A stretch of DNA of 64,000 nt from Candidatus Latescibacterota bacterium (GTDB lineage Bacteria; Latescibacterota; UBA2968; UBA8231): contig OZ244561.1 in the NCBI GenBank assembly GCA_965217585.1, positions 1,137,424-1,201,423 of the forward strand, written 5' to 3'. A model generated the notes under the pieces. The model saw only the letters and a list, made by a program, of their open reading frames with translations, did no database searches and had not been told where the DNA came from. Positions 61,180-64,000 of this stretch are shown here, in pieces. The position numbers and the translations under genes were made by a program. Within the stretch, counting starts at the first letter, position 1, and each line of letters starts with the position of its first letter.

Positions 61180-64000
61180 ATGGCTAAACTACAACGAAAT
61201 TATTCACAGAAGACATTAAAAATTCTGTTCGGTTTGAGTGGAAATCAATGCGCTCATCCAAAGTGTACGAATAATGTGATCGAGCCGGCCACTGAGAAAT
61301 CTGACGCTGCTGTCATTGCTCAAATATGCCACATTTATGCGATTAGTGACGATGGCCCAAGAGGTAAGGCTGGAATTACCAATGAAGAATTGAATTCTCC
61401 AGAGAATCTAATTTTACTTTGTCCGACTCATCATACGGTAGTGGATAATCAATATGAAACCTATCCGGCTGAAATGCTCAAACAGTGGAAGCAGGATCAC
61501 GAATCTAAAGTGGTGAAGAATCGGCTCTCCGCCAGCCTAGATAATGTCTCTTCAAATATGTTTCATCATTCTTATTTTCCAACGGAGCTTGTTGACCAGA
61601 AAATTAAGGATGAGACCGATATACTCCGTAAATCTCGTTTTTTTGAAGATTTTGACAGGATTGGCTTTTCATTAACACTCGCAAGAAAGCTGATAGAAGG
61701 TGAACTTTCGGGAGGAACGGATTCGGTAAGAAGTCAAGCATTAGCTTGGTGTGTGCGAATTCTGTCACGTACTAAAGAATTGGATAAAGCAGAAAAGTAT
61801 CTCGAGTACGCGAAGAAATTAGGAACTTGTCAGGAAATAGATATAGCAGACGCCTTTATATCGTCACAGAAAGGCGATAGAAAAGCTGCTCTAAGTTCTC
61901 TGGCTAATATCGACTCACCGATGTCTCGGTCCGCAGCGCTTATGATCGTTGCAAACCACGATGGCCCACAGGGAGCTCTTAACTGGTTAAAGACAGTCAA
62001 TATAGACGCCACTGATCTGGACCCTGATGGTAAACGCTTCCTATTGGGATGTCAGCTTGAGCTCTCCGATTGGGAAACAGCTCAGAAAAGTCTTGATGCG
62101 TTGACTGATGACGATTTACGCGCTGCCCCTGTTCTCCATCACATCGTAGCAATTACACACCTCCTTAAAGCAGTGCCTGTAGAATTGCGAGCCATTGTGC
62201 GTGATCAACCACCGTTTGAGGCGGCGGCTTTCCCTCTTGACTCGGGTCCTAATGGGATTGAAGCACGCCAGTTAGCGCACCGTATCTTTATCGACGCTGC
62301 GGAGGTTGCACGTCAACTAGACTGTCCCCTTGCAGAAAACATTGACGATGAGTATGCACTTTGGCTTGAACTTAAAGATCCCGATCCCGATAAATGCGCT
62401 GAAGGAAGAAGGCGTCTGGAGTCCAAACTTCGCGATCTCAAGACCTATCTACGTCTTGTTCGTTTTGGTCTTCAATTCGGAATAAAATTGGATAATAAGG
62501 TGGTCGAACAGGAAATAGAACGACAAATTGCCCTTAACGGAAAAATTACCTATGACACCGCAATTGCTCGCTTTGCTCTAGTTCAAACACAACAGACACC
62601 GGAGGATGCCGCAAACTATATAGCTCAGTACCACGACGAATTTGCCGACTACATAGATAAGAAAATTATATTGTCTTTCCAAATTGAACTTTTTTTAAGA
62701 ACAGGACAGCTTAATAAGGCAAATGAGTGCTTGGATACTCTTACAAGAGAGGGCCTTTCTGAGGCCGAGAAAAATAGACTCCAGATAATAATTGCTCAAG
62801 CAGAAGGAGCTTCTCCGGTTGAGGCTCTCAAGAAACAGTTCAAGAAAACGAGCTCTCTAAGTGATTTGGGAATTCTCGTTGACGAACTCGAAACTAGAAA
62901 TGACTGGAACGAAATTTGCGAGTATGGCAATATTCTGTTTGAGAGAACCCACGAATTACGCGACGCAGAGCGGTTGGCAATCGCTTTACACAATACACAG
63001 AAGCTGGAACGACTTGTAGAGTTTATAGAATCGAATAAGACACTTTTGTCAGAGTCCAAGCGACTCCAACTGATCCATTGCTGGTCTTTATATAATGAGG
63101 GTGAACTACTAGAGGCTAGCTCTGAATTGACTAAACTGGACGATGATTGGGATAATGAGAACTACCGTACATTACAGATTAATCTTGCAGTCTCTCTAGG
63201 AGACTGGAACTCTCTTTCTGCTTTTATCGCTAAAGAATGCAATGAGAAAGACAAGAGGAACGCTAAGGAATTAATAACCGCTGCTCGACTGGCCCTTCAT
63301 TTGGGCTCTATCCCCCATGCAGAAGAGTTGATATTTGCAGCGGCAGAGAGGGGGAAAGATGATGCCAATGTATTAGGATCGGCTTACTTTCTTGCAGCAA
63401 GTGCCGGTCTAGAAGATGACCCGGAGGTCGCTCAGTGGATTCAGAAAGCCACCGTACTTTCTGGCGAGGATGGCCCACTCCAGATGATGACACTGAGTAA
63501 TTTATTGGACAAAAAACCCGAGTGGGATCGCCAAGCATCTGAGATATGGGAGATGTTGATCCGTAATGAGCTTCCGATGTTTCTTGCAGCTCAATCCCTC
63601 AATAAGTCCCTTAGCGATTTGATGCTTTTTCCCGCTTTGGCTAACCCGTCGGAGAGCGATCCACGGTGCAGAGGTATTATTCCCGCATATAGCGGCCAGC
63701 GGCAATCGCTATCCTTCGATACTGATAGGCAGATTGGAATAGATGCAACCGCATTACTCACCTTGAGCTTTCTGAATCTGCTCGATGAGGCCCTGGACGC
63801 TTTTGATACAGTCCATATACCGCATTCAACTCTTGGTTGGCTTTTTGATGAGAAAAAGAGGGTTGCATTTCATCAGCCAAGTCGGATTAGAGACGCGGCT
63901 CAGATAAGTCGTTTGCTGACCAACGATGTATTAGAGAAACTCTCTCCGAGTACTGTGCCCAATAGTGATTTGTCCGTCCAAGTTGGAGAAGAGCTAGCAC
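61180..64000 (+). CDS. Giant HNH-nuclease-domain protein with a long helical-repeat body (3' end outside the window; not in the supplied ORF track)
   Basis: My own translation from ATG 61180 is open for 940 codons to the window end. The N-terminus is MAKLQRNYSQKTLKILFGLSGNQCAHPKCTNNVIEPATEKSDAAVIAQICHIYAISDDGPRGKAGITNEELNSPENLILLCPTHHTVVD, which fits CxxxxC...H...N...CxxHH, an HNH beta-beta-alpha-Me motif. The rest is alpha-helical and TPR-like. No Walker A seen. Confidence 0.85.
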   Translation, partial: MAKLQRNYSQKTLKILFGLSGNQCAHPKCTNNVIEPATEKSDAAVIAQICHIYAISDDGPRGKAGITNEELNSPENLILLCPTHHTVVDNQYETYPAEMLKQWKQDHESKVVKNRLSASLDNVSSNMFHHSYFPTELVDQKIKDETDILRKSRFFEDFDRIGFSLTLARKLIEGELSGGTDSVRSQALAWCVRILSRTKELDKAEKYLEYAKKLGTCQEIDIADAFISSQKGDRKAALSSLANIDSPMSRSAALMIVANHDGPQGALNWLKTVNIDATDLDPDGKRFLLGCQLELSDWETAQKSLDALTDDDLRAAPVLHHIVAITHLLKAVPVELRAIVRDQPPFEAAAFPLDSGPNGIEARQLAHRIFIDAAEVARQLDCPLAENIDDEYALWLELKDPDPDKCAEGRRRLESKLRDLKTYLRLVRFGLQFGIKLDNKVVEQEIERQIALNGKITYDTAIARFALVQTQQTPEDAANYIAQYHDEFADYIDKKIILSFQIELFLRTGQLNKANECLDTLTREGLSEAEKNRLQIIIAQAEGASPVEALKKQFKKTSSLSDLGILVDELETRNDWNEICEYGNILFERTHELRDAERLAIALHNTQKLERLVEFIESNKTLLSESKRLQLIHCWSLYNEGELLEASSELTKLDDDWDNENYRTLQINLAVSLGDWNSLSAFIAKECNEKDKRNAKELITAARLALHLGSIPHAEELIFAAAERGKDDANVLGSAYFLAASAGLEDDPEVAQWIQKATVLSGEDGPLQMMTLSNLLDKKPEWDRQASEIWEMLIRNELPMFLAAQSLNKSLSDLMLFPALANPSESDPRCRGIIPAYSGQRQSLSFDTDRQIGIDATALLTLSFLNLLDEALDAFDTVHIPHSTLGWLFDEKKRVAFHQPSRIRDAAQISRLLTNDVLEKLSPSTVPNSDLSVQVGEELA

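Noticed and set aside
61180-64000. Reading the giant ORF as a STAND/Avs-type NTPase or as HsdR.
   Set aside because: I found no Walker A/B or helicase motifs in the 940 residues I translated. Only the HNH motif and helical repeats are evident. The C-terminal remainder is unseen.

Overview
This is a 64-kb window from a high-G+C, GC3-rich bacterial contig that looks chromosomal. I recognised no rRNA, tRNA, CRISPR array, transposase or integrase. Gene calls rest on the ORF track, my own start-codon and RBS inspection, and motif recognition from memory; no searches were run. Layout: (1) 0-13.4 kb holds carbohydrate and envelope-type accessory enzymes (GH-like proteins, an FGE-sulfatase-family protein, an FAD oxidoreductase, GNAT, a CDP-alcohol phosphatidyltransferase plus HAD phosphatase, creatininase, tandem CBM9-like paralogues, crotonase). 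This stretch is interrupted by a low-G+C RelE/ParE-type TA insertion next to a decayed enolase-superfamily gene. (2) 13.5-14.9 kb encodes an ECF sigma factor fused in-frame to a DnaN-like (beta-clamp domains II-III) module. (3) 15.4-19.8 kb is an RND/MMPL, LolA-like and beta-barrel export module. (4) 21.7-22.1 kb is a roughly 400-bp segment bounded by a perfect 21-bp inverted repeat. (5) 25.5-35.3 kb is a tightly coupled operon: a lipoprotein, three paralogous secreted discoidin-like proteins with FlgD-Ig/T9SS-CTD-like tails, and a roughly 880-aa putative outer-membrane protein. (6) 35.3-47.2 kb is a duplicated and rearranged module (DUF4956-like membrane protein, YjiK/SdiA-regulated-like propeller, and a roughly 900-aa protein with an atypical-kinase-like N-domain and an Omp85-like C-terminus), plus a metallophosphoesterase lipoprotein and an SBP-like protein. 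This block also carries a relic 5' end of a third copy and a shared 5' leader cassette. (7) 47-55 kb is housekeeping and envelope genes (SurA-like PPIase, TPR lipoprotein, Tat-exported class-V PLP enzyme, ECF sigma with putative anti-sigma, glycosylasparaginase-like, RidA). (8) 55-64 kb is a low-G+C defence island: a Type I R-M with hsdM and three hsdS pieces, all partial or degenerate, and no hsdR in the window. Its cargo is BrnT/BrnA, a tail-anchored J-domain protein, an internally deleted RhuM and a PIN toxin pair. It ends with a >940-codon ORF that is absent from the supplied ORF track because it runs off the window. That ORF starts with a canonical HNH nuclease motif followed by long helical repeats. 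The candidates I rate most novel are the sigma-clamp fusion, the HNH giant ORF, the discoidin/OM operon at the window centre, and the duplicated kinase-like-Omp85/DUF4956 module.
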